Source of the DNA: an uncultured Bacilli bacterium
GTDB lineage: Bacteria; Bacillota_I; Bacilli_A; RF39; UBA660
Assembly (NCBI GenBank): GCA_947628275.1
Contig: CANQZD010000044.1
Span: forward strand, 1-52,104
Direction: 5' to 3'
DNA length: 52,104 nucleotides
Position numbers and translations under genes: made by a program. Below the pieces are notes generated by a model. It worked only from the letters and a program-made list of their open reading frames with translations. It was not told where the DNA came from and ran no database searches. This document shows, one piece after another, positions 11,581-20,245 of the stretch. Each line of letters opens with the position of its first letter. Within the stretch, counting starts at the first letter, position 1.

Positions 11581-12182
11581 GATAAATTTCCTTTATATAA
11601 ATTAATAGCATTTCTAAGTTCTTCGGCTTTTAGTCGTTTCTTTTCATTAGTCCAGTAATCTTTTATTGTATAATCACCATTTCTAACGGCCGTTTCATTA
11701 TCAAAATAAATAACGTGACCATCTTTAACAATTATAAAGGTTGGTGCATAAATATTTCTAGTTTCATCATCTAAAATAGTTGTATAGCTAGTTAAATAAT
11801 CAACAATATTTTCATAATAATAATTATTAGTCCGGCGGTCATTATAAAAATTATAGAAGTAAATCTCATTAATATTTTGACTTAAAGCTATTTCATTTAA
11901 TAAACTAGCATAGTAACTACTCCAATTATTTTCGGGATAAGCCATAAAAATAAGAGCTGAACCAGTATTTAACGTTTCTAAAATTTCACTATTTTTTTTA
12001 TACTTAAAAACATTATTTTGAGGAATACCAAATTCTAAAGTAAATTTTTCACTATCACTCATAACACTTTTCTTTTCATAACTTTTATTGCCTAAATAAA
12101 TAAAAGCACCAATTAAAACAATAAAACTAATTATATAAAATGTTTTTTGAGCAAGGGACATTTTAGGCTTATATGACTTCAT
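11577..12182 (-). CDS. Membrane-anchored thioredoxin-fold-like protein lacking the CxxC motif
   Basis: N-terminal TM segment. ALIFMAYPENNWSSYYASL occupies the position where a CxxC would be expected. It has the same overall layout as the downstream 165-aa protein. The fold assignment is by eye only. Confidence 0.35.
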   Translation of the reverse strand: MKSYKPKMSLAQKTFYIISFIVLIGAFIYLGNKSYEKKSVMSDSEKFTLEFGIPQNNVFKYKKNSEILETLNTGSALIFMAYPENNWSSYYASLLNEIALSQNINEIYFYNFYNDRRTNNYYYENIVDYLTSYTTILDDETRNIYAPTFIIVKDGHVIYFDNETAVRNGDYTIKDYWTNEKKRLKAEELRNAINLYKGNLS

Positions 12183-12222
12183 AACTAAAACCTCTTTCTT
12201 TTTTTATTATATCAAAGTTTCT

Positions 12223-12957
12223 TTAATTTTGTATACTACTTTCACCAGTCAAATAATTAATATTGACACCATCTTCAACATTAAAGATAAATACATTAAA
12301 AACTAAGGCATCATCTTCAATTGATTTAGCTTCAATTTCAAGGCCAGTTGCTAATAAATTAACCCCTTCAAAAATTGGCGTTACTCGGTATAAAACATGA
12401 TTTTTAGTTTTCTTGACATAATCAGCTACTTTATTTTCAAATTCTAACATGACTTTAGCATTCATCGTCCTAGTACAAGTTATTAAATTATTAGGATTAG
12501 CATTTTCTCCCGTTAATTGAAAACCTATTAAATGACAACGATTATATAAATATTTACCATCAACAAAATCATATTTAACAGTATGCCAACCACTAGGTTT
12601 TATCATTCCAATACTTTCACGTTCTTCAGTTGGCATAGTATCAAGGCCAACCCGGGCAACAGCAGGTCCACAACGCCCTAAAGAATCTAGTTCGCTATAA
12701 GATTCAAAAGCTTTAGTTAAGTCGTACTCATCATTAAAATAAGGAATATTATTATTAATAATTACATAGGGGTTTCCATCATAAACTGGTAACTCACTTA
12801 TTTGATAACTTCTGGCTTCAGTTTGAACTGATATTTCATTTAAAAAGGCAATAATATAGTCTTTACTAGTGTAAATTAATAAACCAATAATTAAGACTAA
12901 AACAAGATTAATAATATTAACTTTCTTTTTACTTCTTTTTCTTCGCAACTTATTCAC
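12223..12957 (-). CDS. Membrane-anchored DNA/RNA non-specific endonuclease (EndA / Endonuclease_NS_2-like)
   Basis: N-terminal basic region plus a TM segment. The SGWH...YLYNRCHLIGFQLTGENANPNNLITCTRTMN block matches the His-Me finger nuclease family that includes streptococcal DNA-entry nucleases. Confidence 0.7.
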   Translation of the reverse strand: MNKLRRKRSKKKVNIINLVLVLIIGLLIYTSKDYIIAFLNEISVQTEARSYQISELPVYDGNPYVIINNNIPYFNDEYDLTKAFESYSELDSLGRCGPAVARVGLDTMPTEERESIGMIKPSGWHTVKYDFVDGKYLYNRCHLIGFQLTGENANPNNLITCTRTMNAKVMLEFENKVADYVKKTKNHVLYRVTPIFEGVNLLATGLEIEAKSIEDDALVFNVFIFNVEDGVNINYLTGESSIQN

Positions 12958-13008
12958 CTTCTAAATATAGCATACTCTATTTTTATAAAAATTTAAATAC
13001 TTAATATT

Positions 13009-14196
13009 TTAATGGTGCCGAACTTTTTTTGTTAAAAAGATGATTATGATAATTAAAAAGATTATTGCAAAACCATACCAATAGTTAAGTAAAAATGCTA
13101 ATAATGAAAAAGATAATTTTTCAGATAAAACGATATCAATATTATCAATAATTTCGCCATTTAAAATAATGCTTACGGTTCCTAATTTACTACCAACTTT
13201 AGTAAAATAATTTATAGAATTTATCCCATCATATTGATAGACTAAATCAGTCTTTTTAAAGCCTTTTAAAAGATATTTATTCATATTTTTATTAGCTTTA
13301 AATGGTACTTCTTTTTCTTTAGCATTTAAGGTTTTTAAAGTTAAAATAACATCATTTTCGCTAATAACTTCATAGGTTTCATAATTACTAATAAAATAAT
13401 CATAAATTGTTTGGGCATCTTTAATGTGACCACCATCAGAATCGGCTCCAGTAGTAACTAATAAATAATTAGTATTATTACTACTAGCAAATGTTGCTAG
13501 ACACAAACCCGCTTCATCAGTAGTTCCAGTTTTGCCACCAATTAAGTAATCCATATCTAAGCCATAACTATTTTTATAAGCCATAACGGTACTAAAAAAA
13601 GTATGGTAATTATTACTAGTTTGATAAGTTTCATGTGAAAAAATATCTTTTAATTCAGGAATATTTAAAGCATACTTAAAAATTTCAGCAACATCTTTAA
13701 CAGTTGAATAGTGATTTTCATCATGAAGACCAGTTTCATTAACAAAATTAGTATGTTCTAGGCCTAATTCTTTTACTTTTTCATTCATTTTTTTGACAAA
13801 CTCTTCCCTACTTTCAGCAACTAATCTAGTTAAAGCTTGAGCAGCATCAGCTCCAGATGGTAAAAGTAAGCCATATAATAAATCTCTTATCGTTACCTCT
13901 TCACCAACGTAAAAACCAGCGACAGAGGCATCAGCTTCTATTAATCCAGCAAAATCTGCATAAGTTAGGGTGACTTTTTCATCTAAATTTGGAAGATTTT
14001 CTATAGCAACAATACTAGTCATAATCTTTGTTAAAGAAGCTATTGGAACTTCTTGTTCACTATTTTTTTCATATAATATGCTATTCTCATCTAAATTATA
14101 TAAAATAGCATTTTTTGAAGTAATCGGTAATTCGATAGCCTGAGTGGAAAGAAAAAAACTAAAAAATATTAGAAAAATAAAAATAACTTTTTTCAT
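13009..14196 (-). CDS. D-alanyl-D-alanine carboxypeptidase (PBP5/DacA-type) with C-terminal membrane anchor
   Basis: Signal peptide, SxxK (ASLTKIMT), SxN-like LPSGAD, KTG (GGKTGTT), C-terminal TM segment. ATGA overlap with dgkA. Confidence 0.85.
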   Translation of the reverse strand: MKKVIFIFLIFFSFFLSTQAIELPITSKNAILYNLDENSILYEKNSEQEVPIASLTKIMTSIVAIENLPNLDEKVTLTYADFAGLIEADASVAGFYVGEEVTIRDLLYGLLLPSGADAAQALTRLVAESREEFVKKMNEKVKELGLEHTNFVNETGLHDENHYSTVKDVAEIFKYALNIPELKDIFSHETYQTSNNYHTFFSTVMAYKNSYGLDMDYLIGGKTGTTDEAGLCLATFASSNNTNYLLVTTGADSDGGHIKDAQTIYDYFISNYETYEVISENDVILTLKTLNAKEKEVPFKANKNMNKYLLKGFKKTDLVYQYDGINSINYFTKVGSKLGTVSIILNGEIIDNIDIVLSEKLSFSLLAFLLNYWYGFAIIFLIIIIIFLTKKVRHH

Positions 14197-14570
14197 AGCA
14201 TCAAATCCTTAACAAACAAAATTATTTTAGGTCCAAAAATCATTAAACCAATTAAAGCGGCAAAAAAAGCCGTCACTAAAACCGCACCAGCCGAAATATC
14301 TTTAGATATTTTGGCAAGTTCATTTTTATTTGGCGAAATTAAATCAACACATTTTTCAAGAGCTGTATTAAATAGTTCACTACTAATAACTACCATAAAA
14401 CATATTAAAATAATTATCCATTCAAAGACACTTATTTTAAACAGAAGCCCAAATAAAATGACAAATTCCATAATTAAAAGATGAACACGTATATTCTGTT
14501 CAGTTTTTATGGCACTTATAATGCCGTTTGTAGCATATTTAAAGCTTTTAATTAGTTTTTTTAATGACAC
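14193..14570 (-). CDS. dgkA: Diacylglycerol/undecaprenol kinase family protein
   Basis: 125 aa with three TM segments. The NIRVHLL, NTALEKCVDLISP and KDISAGAVL blocks are typical of prokaryotic DAGK. Confidence 0.8.
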   Translation of the reverse strand: MSLKKLIKSFKYATNGIISAIKTEQNIRVHLLIMEFVILFGLLFKISVFEWIIILICFMVVISSELFNTALEKCVDLISPNKNELAKISKDISAGAVLVTAFFAALIGLMIFGPKIILFVKDLML

Positions 14571-14588
14571 TTTATCACAACACTTCTA

Positions 14589-15308
14589 TTAAATACTAGC
14601 TAACGCTAATAAAATCATATCATCTAAGGAACGTTCTCGATCTTCAATTGACATAAATGTTTCACTATATTTACTATCAACAACAGTTAATATAACTGCA
14701 GCTTTTTTATCAAAACTATCAGCAATATGAAATAAAGCAAAACTTTCCATTTCTTCAGCAATAACATCAAGATTTTTAGGCACTCTTTTTAAAACATGTT
14801 CATTATCAGAATAAAAGCCAAATTGTTCAGTACACATAACACACCCTTGATGAATTGTTAAGTTATTATTTTTAGCATTTTTTAAAATTACTTGATTTAA
14901 CTCTTTAGATGGATAAGCAACATGAGTAAGATCACCATTATAAGAATACGCAAAATTACTTTCAGTATAACTAGAATCTGCTAAAATTAAATCTGGAACA
15001 TTTAGATTAGCTTTTAAACCGCCACATGTCCCGATTCTGATAATCTTCTCAACGCCAAAAAAGTAAAATAATTCAAAGGCATAAATGCTCATTGAAGGCA
15101 TTCCCATTCCTGAACCCATAACGGTTATGCGTTTATCATTATACATTCCCGTATAAGCAAACATATTTCTGGCTTTACTAACTAATTTACAATCAGTCAA
15201 ATATTTTTCAGCAATATATTTAGCTCTTAGGGGATCTCCAGGCATGATAACAAGAGGCGCAATATCCTCTTTGCCACACTCAATATGAGCAGGTTTAATA
15301 TGGTCCAT
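14589..15308 (-). CDS. deoD: Purine nucleoside phosphorylase, DeoD type
   Basis: LVIMPGDPLRAKYIAEKYL, VMGSGMGMPSMSIY and EEMES motifs. The track start 15386 adds 26 hydrophobic residues. Met at 15308 gives the usual distance of about 22 aa to PGDPLRAK. Confidence 0.88.
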   Translation of the reverse strand: MDHIKPAHIECGKEDIAPLVIMPGDPLRAKYIAEKYLTDCKLVSKARNMFAYTGMYNDKRITVMGSGMGMPSMSIYAFELFYFFGVEKIIRIGTCGGLKANLNVPDLILADSSYTESNFAYSYNGDLTHVAYPSKELNQVILKNAKNNNLTIHQGCVMCTEQFGFYSDNEHVLKRVPKNLDVIAEEMESFALFHIADSFDKKAAVILTVVDSKYSETFMSIEDRERSLDDMILLALASI

Positions 15309-15422
15309 AACTTTTGGTGCTTTCACACTAATCACTCTTTCTATTCTAAAAATACTATAACAAAAAATAAGAAATTTATAAATCAAATTTCTTATTCTAA
15401 TCGTAAAATAATGTCTACTATT

Positions 15423-18400
15423 TTATTCTTTAACAATATCAATAAAGACTTCTTCTCCATTTAAATCATACTTATCAGTTAAATTATCTTGTTTAACTAA
15501 AGAGACAGCTAAAGTTTCTTTTTTAATATAGTCATTAAACATTTCTAAAGATTTAATAAAATTATTAGTGCCACTATAATAAATAGTGATTCGATCAACA
15601 ACATTTAAATCTTTTAATTTTCTTATATTTTGAACTTTACTAACAAATTCACGAGCTAAGCCTTCCAAAATCAATTCTTCATTTAATTCTGTATTTAAAA
15701 TAACAAAGTTATTATTTTCCATACCAACATTAAAACCTTCTTTAGCATCAACCCGAATATCAACCATTTCTTTGTTAACTTTTAATTCTTCTTCATCTAA
15801 ATTTAAAGTGATTTCTTGATTATTTTCTAATAATTTGATTTCTTCATCACTTAAGTTTAATAAAGCTTCACTAAATAATTTGATTTTAGATCCTAATATT
15901 TTACCAACAACTTTAAAATTAGGTTTTACTAAGAAGTTCATATATTCGCTTAAATTATCAATAAAATTAACTTCTTTAACATTTAATTCTTCTTTAATTA
16001 AAGATACTAAATCATTAATTATTTCTTTATTTTTACCATCAATTAAAACTTCTTTTAATGGTTGTCTTACTTTAATTTTGGCTTCTTCTCTTACATATCT
16101 GCCAATACTAATTAAATTACGAACTAAATCCATTTTGGTTTCAACATCTTCTAAGATTAAAGACTCATTAGCAACAGGGAAATCTTCTAAATGAACAGAT
16201 TCTTTGCCAGTTAGATTCTGATATATTTCTTCTGTTGTAAATGGTATTATTGGTGCACATAATTTACATAGACCACATAATACTTCATAAGTTGTGATAT
16301 AAACACTTTTCTTAGAATCATCTAATTCACTTTTCCAAAAACGATTTCTATTACGTCTAATATACCAATTAGATAAATCATCAGATACAAAATTAGTAAT
16401 TAATTTAACAACTTGATTTAAGTCATATAAATCATAATATTTAGTACATTCTAAGACTAAACGATTATACTTAGAAATTAACCATTTATCAATTTCTTCA
16501 CGGTCATCTATTTTAACGAAACAATCATCTATATCAATATGATCAGCATTAGCATACATTTGGAAGAAAGAATAAGTATTTTTAAAGGGATTAAAGAATT
16601 TAGAGTGAACTTCTTTTAAACCTTCTTCATCAAATTTTAAAGGAGTCCAAGTTGGAGATACGTAAGGTAAATACCATCTAATTGTATCGGCTCCATATTT
16701 GTGCATGATTGTAAATGGTTCGACAGCATTGCCTTTTGATTTATGCATTTTATGACCATTTTTATCTAAGATTAATTCATTTACTAAAACATTTTTATAA
16801 GGACTTTTACCAGTCATAAAAACGCCAATAACTAAAAGACTATAAAACCAACCTCTAGTTTGATCAATACCTTCAGCTATAAAGTCAGCTGGATATTGAG
16901 TTTCCCATAACTCTTTATTTTCAAATGGATAATGATATTGACTAAATGGCATAGAGCCTGAATCAAACCAACAATCAATTACTTCAGGAACTCGGTTCAT
17001 TTTTTTACCACATTTTGGACAAGTTAAATGGACATTATCAACATAAGGGCGATGTAAATCAAAAGTTTTAATATCAATTTCTTCAATTGCTTTTTCTTTT
17101 AATTCATTCTTGCTCCCAATCATTTCCATATGTCCACAGCTACAACGCCATAAAGGAAGAGGTGTTCCCCAATAACGGTTACGGCTAATAGCCCAGTCAT
17201 TCATATTTAAAAGCCAATTGCCAAATCTTTTTTCGCCAACAAAAGAAGGATACCAATTGACTTTATTATTTTCAGATATGATTTTATCTTTTATCTTAGT
17301 TACTTCTAAATAATAAGATGGTCTTGAATAATAAACAAGTGGTGAATCACAACGCCAGCAATGAGGATAATCATGTTTCATTTTTTGCTTTTTAAATAAT
17401 TTATCATTTGCTTTTAACCATGAAATAACTTCTAAATCAGCAGCAAAAATATTCATACCCTTCCATAAACCATCTGTATATGTAGCATCTTCCCCAACAG
17501 GATTTAGATAAGGTAAATGATATTTTTTACCAACTTTAGCATCATCTTCCCCAAAAGCAGGAGCAATATGAACAATACCAGTACCATCGCTCATAGTAAC
17601 ATAATCATCACAAGTTACAAAGAAAGCTTTACCTTCCACTTTTAAACTAGGAATTAATTGTTCATATTCAATGTATTCTAAATCTTTACCACAGTAGGTT
17701 TCTAAAACTTGATAGTCACTGCCTAAAACACTAGGTGCTAGAGAAGCAGCCAAAATAAATTTATAGCCATTAGATTCAACTAAAACATATTCATCATGAG
17801 GATTGACACATAAAGCAACATTACTTATTAAAGTCCAAGGAGTTGTTGTCCATACTAAAAAGTAAGCATCCATATCTTTTCTTTTAAAAGGCACAATAAC
17901 GGTATTAGCATCTACTTCTTTATATCCTTGCGCAACTTCATGAGAAGCAAGACCCGTTCCACATCTTGGACACCATGGCATAATTTTAACTCCTTCATAA
18001 AATAAACCTTCATCAAAGAATTTCTTTAAAATATACCATTCACTTTCAATATAATTATTATCATAAGTAATATAACGATTATCTAAATCAATAAATTGAC
18101 CCATTTCTAAAGTTAATTTCCGAAATTGTTTTTCATTATCCCAAACTGTTTCCCGACACTTTTCATTAAATTCTTTAATACCATAATTTTCAATATCAGA
18201 TTTACCATTAAATCCTAATTGTTTTTCAACTTGAACTTCAACTGGAAGACCATGAGTATCCCAACCTACTTTTCTTAAAACTTTATGGCCTTTCATTGTT
18301 TGATATTTGCAAAAAGTGTCTTTTAAAAATTTACCAAATAAATGACCAATATGGGGCATACCATTTGCAGTAGCAGGACCATCATAAAAGACAAAAGGCT

Positions 18401-18521
18401 TCTTTCCTTCCCGATTATTTATTGTTGCGTTTAAAATATCTTTCTTTTGCCATTTTTCTAAAATATCAGTTTCAACATCATGAACATTTCTTTTGTCTAA
18501 TTCTTTAAAATCTTTCATCAT
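15423..18521 (-). CDS. ileS: Isoleucine--tRNA ligase, type 2 (long, eukaryote-like form)
   Basis: 1032 aa. Contains FYDGPATANGMPHIGH (HIGH), RKVGWDTHGLPVE and KMHKSKGN (KMSKS). Length and the R-x-GWD context fit the IleRS2 class. Two tandem ATGs at 18521 and 18518. Confidence 0.93.
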   Translation of the reverse strand: MMKDFKELDKRNVHDVETDILEKWQKKDILNATINNREGKKPFVFYDGPATANGMPHIGHLFGKFLKDTFCKYQTMKGHKVLRKVGWDTHGLPVEVQVEKQLGFNGKSDIENYGIKEFNEKCRETVWDNEKQFRKLTLEMGQFIDLDNRYITYDNNYIESEWYILKKFFDEGLFYEGVKIMPWCPRCGTGLASHEVAQGYKEVDANTVIVPFKRKDMDAYFLVWTTTPWTLISNVALCVNPHDEYVLVESNGYKFILAASLAPSVLGSDYQVLETYCGKDLEYIEYEQLIPSLKVEGKAFFVTCDDYVTMSDGTGIVHIAPAFGEDDAKVGKKYHLPYLNPVGEDATYTDGLWKGMNIFAADLEVISWLKANDKLFKKQKMKHDYPHCWRCDSPLVYYSRPSYYLEVTKIKDKIISENNKVNWYPSFVGEKRFGNWLLNMNDWAISRNRYWGTPLPLWRCSCGHMEMIGSKNELKEKAIEEIDIKTFDLHRPYVDNVHLTCPKCGKKMNRVPEVIDCWFDSGSMPFSQYHYPFENKELWETQYPADFIAEGIDQTRGWFYSLLVIGVFMTGKSPYKNVLVNELILDKNGHKMHKSKGNAVEPFTIMHKYGADTIRWYLPYVSPTWTPLKFDEEGLKEVHSKFFNPFKNTYSFFQMYANADHIDIDDCFVKIDDREEIDKWLISKYNRLVLECTKYYDLYDLNQVVKLITNFVSDDLSNWYIRRNRNRFWKSELDDSKKSVYITTYEVLCGLCKLCAPIIPFTTEEIYQNLTGKESVHLEDFPVANESLILEDVETKMDLVRNLISIGRYVREEAKIKVRQPLKEVLIDGKNKEIINDLVSLIKEELNVKEVNFIDNLSEYMNFLVKPNFKVVGKILGSKIKLFSEALLNLSDEEIKLLENNQEITLNLDEEELKVNKEMVDIRVDAKEGFNVGMENNNFVILNTELNEELILEGLAREFVSKVQNIRKLKDLNVVDRITIYYSGTNNFIKSLEMFNDYIKKETLAVSLVKQDNLTDKYDLNGEEVFIDIVKE

Positions 18522-18725
18522 ATCTTCCTTTCATAAAAAAAGATGATACCAAAGGAGTCATAGTGACGGTACCATCCTTAATTTAACTTATTTAACAAGA
18601 TAACGTTTGTTAACCCGCAAAGATTATATAAGTGATATTTATAAAACTTCTTTATTTGGCTTCCACCAATACCAAACTCTCTATAAAAGAATATTTTTAT
18701 AAACGTGTCTTAACTCTTTTGACAA
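18522..18725 (-). promoter_or_regulatory. T-box riboswitch leader (Ile specifier AUC) with terminator/antiterminator
   Basis: The minus strand contains an AGAGAG bulge and a distal loop with GGTGGAA. The T-box sequence AATTAAGGATGGTACCGTCAC lies at 18584..18564. The terminator stem is GATGGTACC/GGTATCATC followed by T7. My manual fold puts ATC+A (18636..18633) in the specifier internal loop. Confidence 0.85.
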
Positions 18726-18729
18726 ATAT

Positions 18730-18758
18730 ATTATATGCAAAACCACTTGCTGTGTCAA
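18730..18758 (-). promoter_or_regulatory. Consensus sigma-A type promoter for the ileS leader
   Basis: Minus strand reads TTGACA (18758..18753), a 17-nt spacer, then TATAAT (18735..18730). Confidence 0.65.
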
Positions 18759-18769
18759 ATACTTTTTGT

Positions 18770-19141
18770 TTATCTAACAATCTCTTGTTCTTTAAGCAAA
18801 CTAGTAATATTTTCTTGGCATTTGATAATATCTTCTTTTTTTAATTTCCTTACTAAATCTCTTATTTTAAGATTATTAAAATAGTATTCATTATAAGAAT
18901 TACGGTATTCTAATAATTCTTGTAAAACCATCTGACAAGTTTTTTGACCAATTAATTTTTGATTAGTAGGATTAGCATAATATGAAATTAAACATTCCCA
19001 ATAATCAATAGGATTAGCTTTGATGGCTTGAAAATAATTTTGATGAAAATTTATTACTCCTTCTATTACTCGATATTTTTCTTTAATTAGCAAGCATTTT
19101 TGATAATTTTCAAGTAAAATTTGATATTTTTGTGCTTTCAT
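18770..19141 (-). CDS. Hypothetical protein (123 aa, helical, no recognised motif)
   Basis: Intact ORF in line with fmt. No family recognised by eye. Confidence 0.4.
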   Translation of the reverse strand: MKAQKYQILLENYQKCLLIKEKYRVIEGVINFHQNYFQAIKANPIDYWECLISYYANPTNQKLIGQKTCQMVLQELLEYRNSYNEYYFNNLKIRDLVRKLKKEDIIKCQENITSLLKEQEIVR

Positions 19142-19155
19142 TGTTTCCTTTCTTT

Positions 19156-20088
19156 CTAGTTTATTTTGGCATTTTGTAAAACTTTTTTGTCAATGCCATT
19201 TAGATAACTTTTTACATCCATTATTTTTTTACCAAAGGGTTTAATTTTAGTTAAATAAATTATCCCATCTTGGCAACTAATTCCAATAGCATCTTTTTTG
19301 ATATCGATAATCATCCCTACTTTATCTGTTTTATCTTTAATAAAATAAGCTTCTAATACTTTATATTCCAAATCATTTAATAAAAAATTAGCTAAAGGCC
19401 AAGAATTTAAACCTCTTATTTTATTAATAATTTCTTTTCCAGTTAAATTAAAATCTAATCTTTCATCTTCTCTTTTTATGTTATAGCCATAGGTAACTAA
19501 GTTTTCATTTTGCTTAATTCGGTTATTAGTTTTATTTATGATGCTTGGTAAAGTATCCAATAATAATTTACTACCGATTTGACTTAATTTATCATGCAAA
19601 GTACTTACAGTATCACTATCTTTAATAATGTATTCTTCTTGTTTAATAATATCACCACTATCCATGCCTTTATCCATATACATGATGGTAATTCCCGTTT
19701 TTTCTTCGCCATTAATTAAACACCAGTGAATTGGCGCGCCACCACGATATTTAGGAAGAAGTGAGGCATGAACATTAATACATCCTAATTTGGGATATTC
19801 TAATAATTTAGGTGGAATGATTTGACCATAAGCACAAGTAATAATAATATCACAATTTATATTTAAAATCTCTTCTAGGTTTTCTTTAATTTTTTCAGGT
19901 TGAATGACCTTTAAATTATTTTCTAAAGCATATTTTTTAACTGGCGAAAAGGTTAACTCTTTTTTGCGCCCAACAACTTTATCCGGTTGGGTTACAACTG
20001 CTACTACTAAAGTGTTTTCATTTAACATTTTTAAGATTGGCACGGCAAATTCTGGAGTTCCCATAAATATAACTTTTAAATTTTTCAT
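19156..20088 (-). CDS. fmt: Methionyl-tRNA formyltransferase
   Basis: KVIFMGTPEFAVPIL, NVHASLLPKYRGGAPIHW. ATG 20088 has AAAGGA 6 nt upstream. The track start 20121 is a GTG further upstream. Confidence 0.9.
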   Translation of the reverse strand: MKNLKVIFMGTPEFAVPILKMLNENTLVVAVVTQPDKVVGRKKELTFSPVKKYALENNLKVIQPEKIKENLEEILNINCDIIITCAYGQIIPPKLLEYPKLGCINVHASLLPKYRGGAPIHWCLINGEEKTGITIMYMDKGMDSGDIIKQEEYIIKDSDTVSTLHDKLSQIGSKLLLDTLPSIINKTNNRIKQNENLVTYGYNIKREDERLDFNLTGKEIINKIRGLNSWPLANFLLNDLEYKVLEAYFIKDKTDKVGMIIDIKKDAIGISCQDGIIYLTKIKPFGKKIMDVKSYLNGIDKKVLQNAKIN

Positions 20089-20245
20089 AATTTGTCCTTT
20101 CAAGTAACTAAATTGTATCACAAAATATTTGGTTCATTTAAAATATCAAAAAATTTGACGTAAAGTACCTAAAATTTGACATTTTATGATTTTAAATATT
20201 TGCAAAAAATGTTAACCTTAATTTACAGAATAAGGAGTTGAAGTT

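Noticed and set aside
18632-18844. 70-aa plus-strand ORF
   Set aside because: It overlaps the ileS T-box leader and promoter and the end of the 123-aa gene on the opposite strand. The RNA element explains the conservation-like structure.
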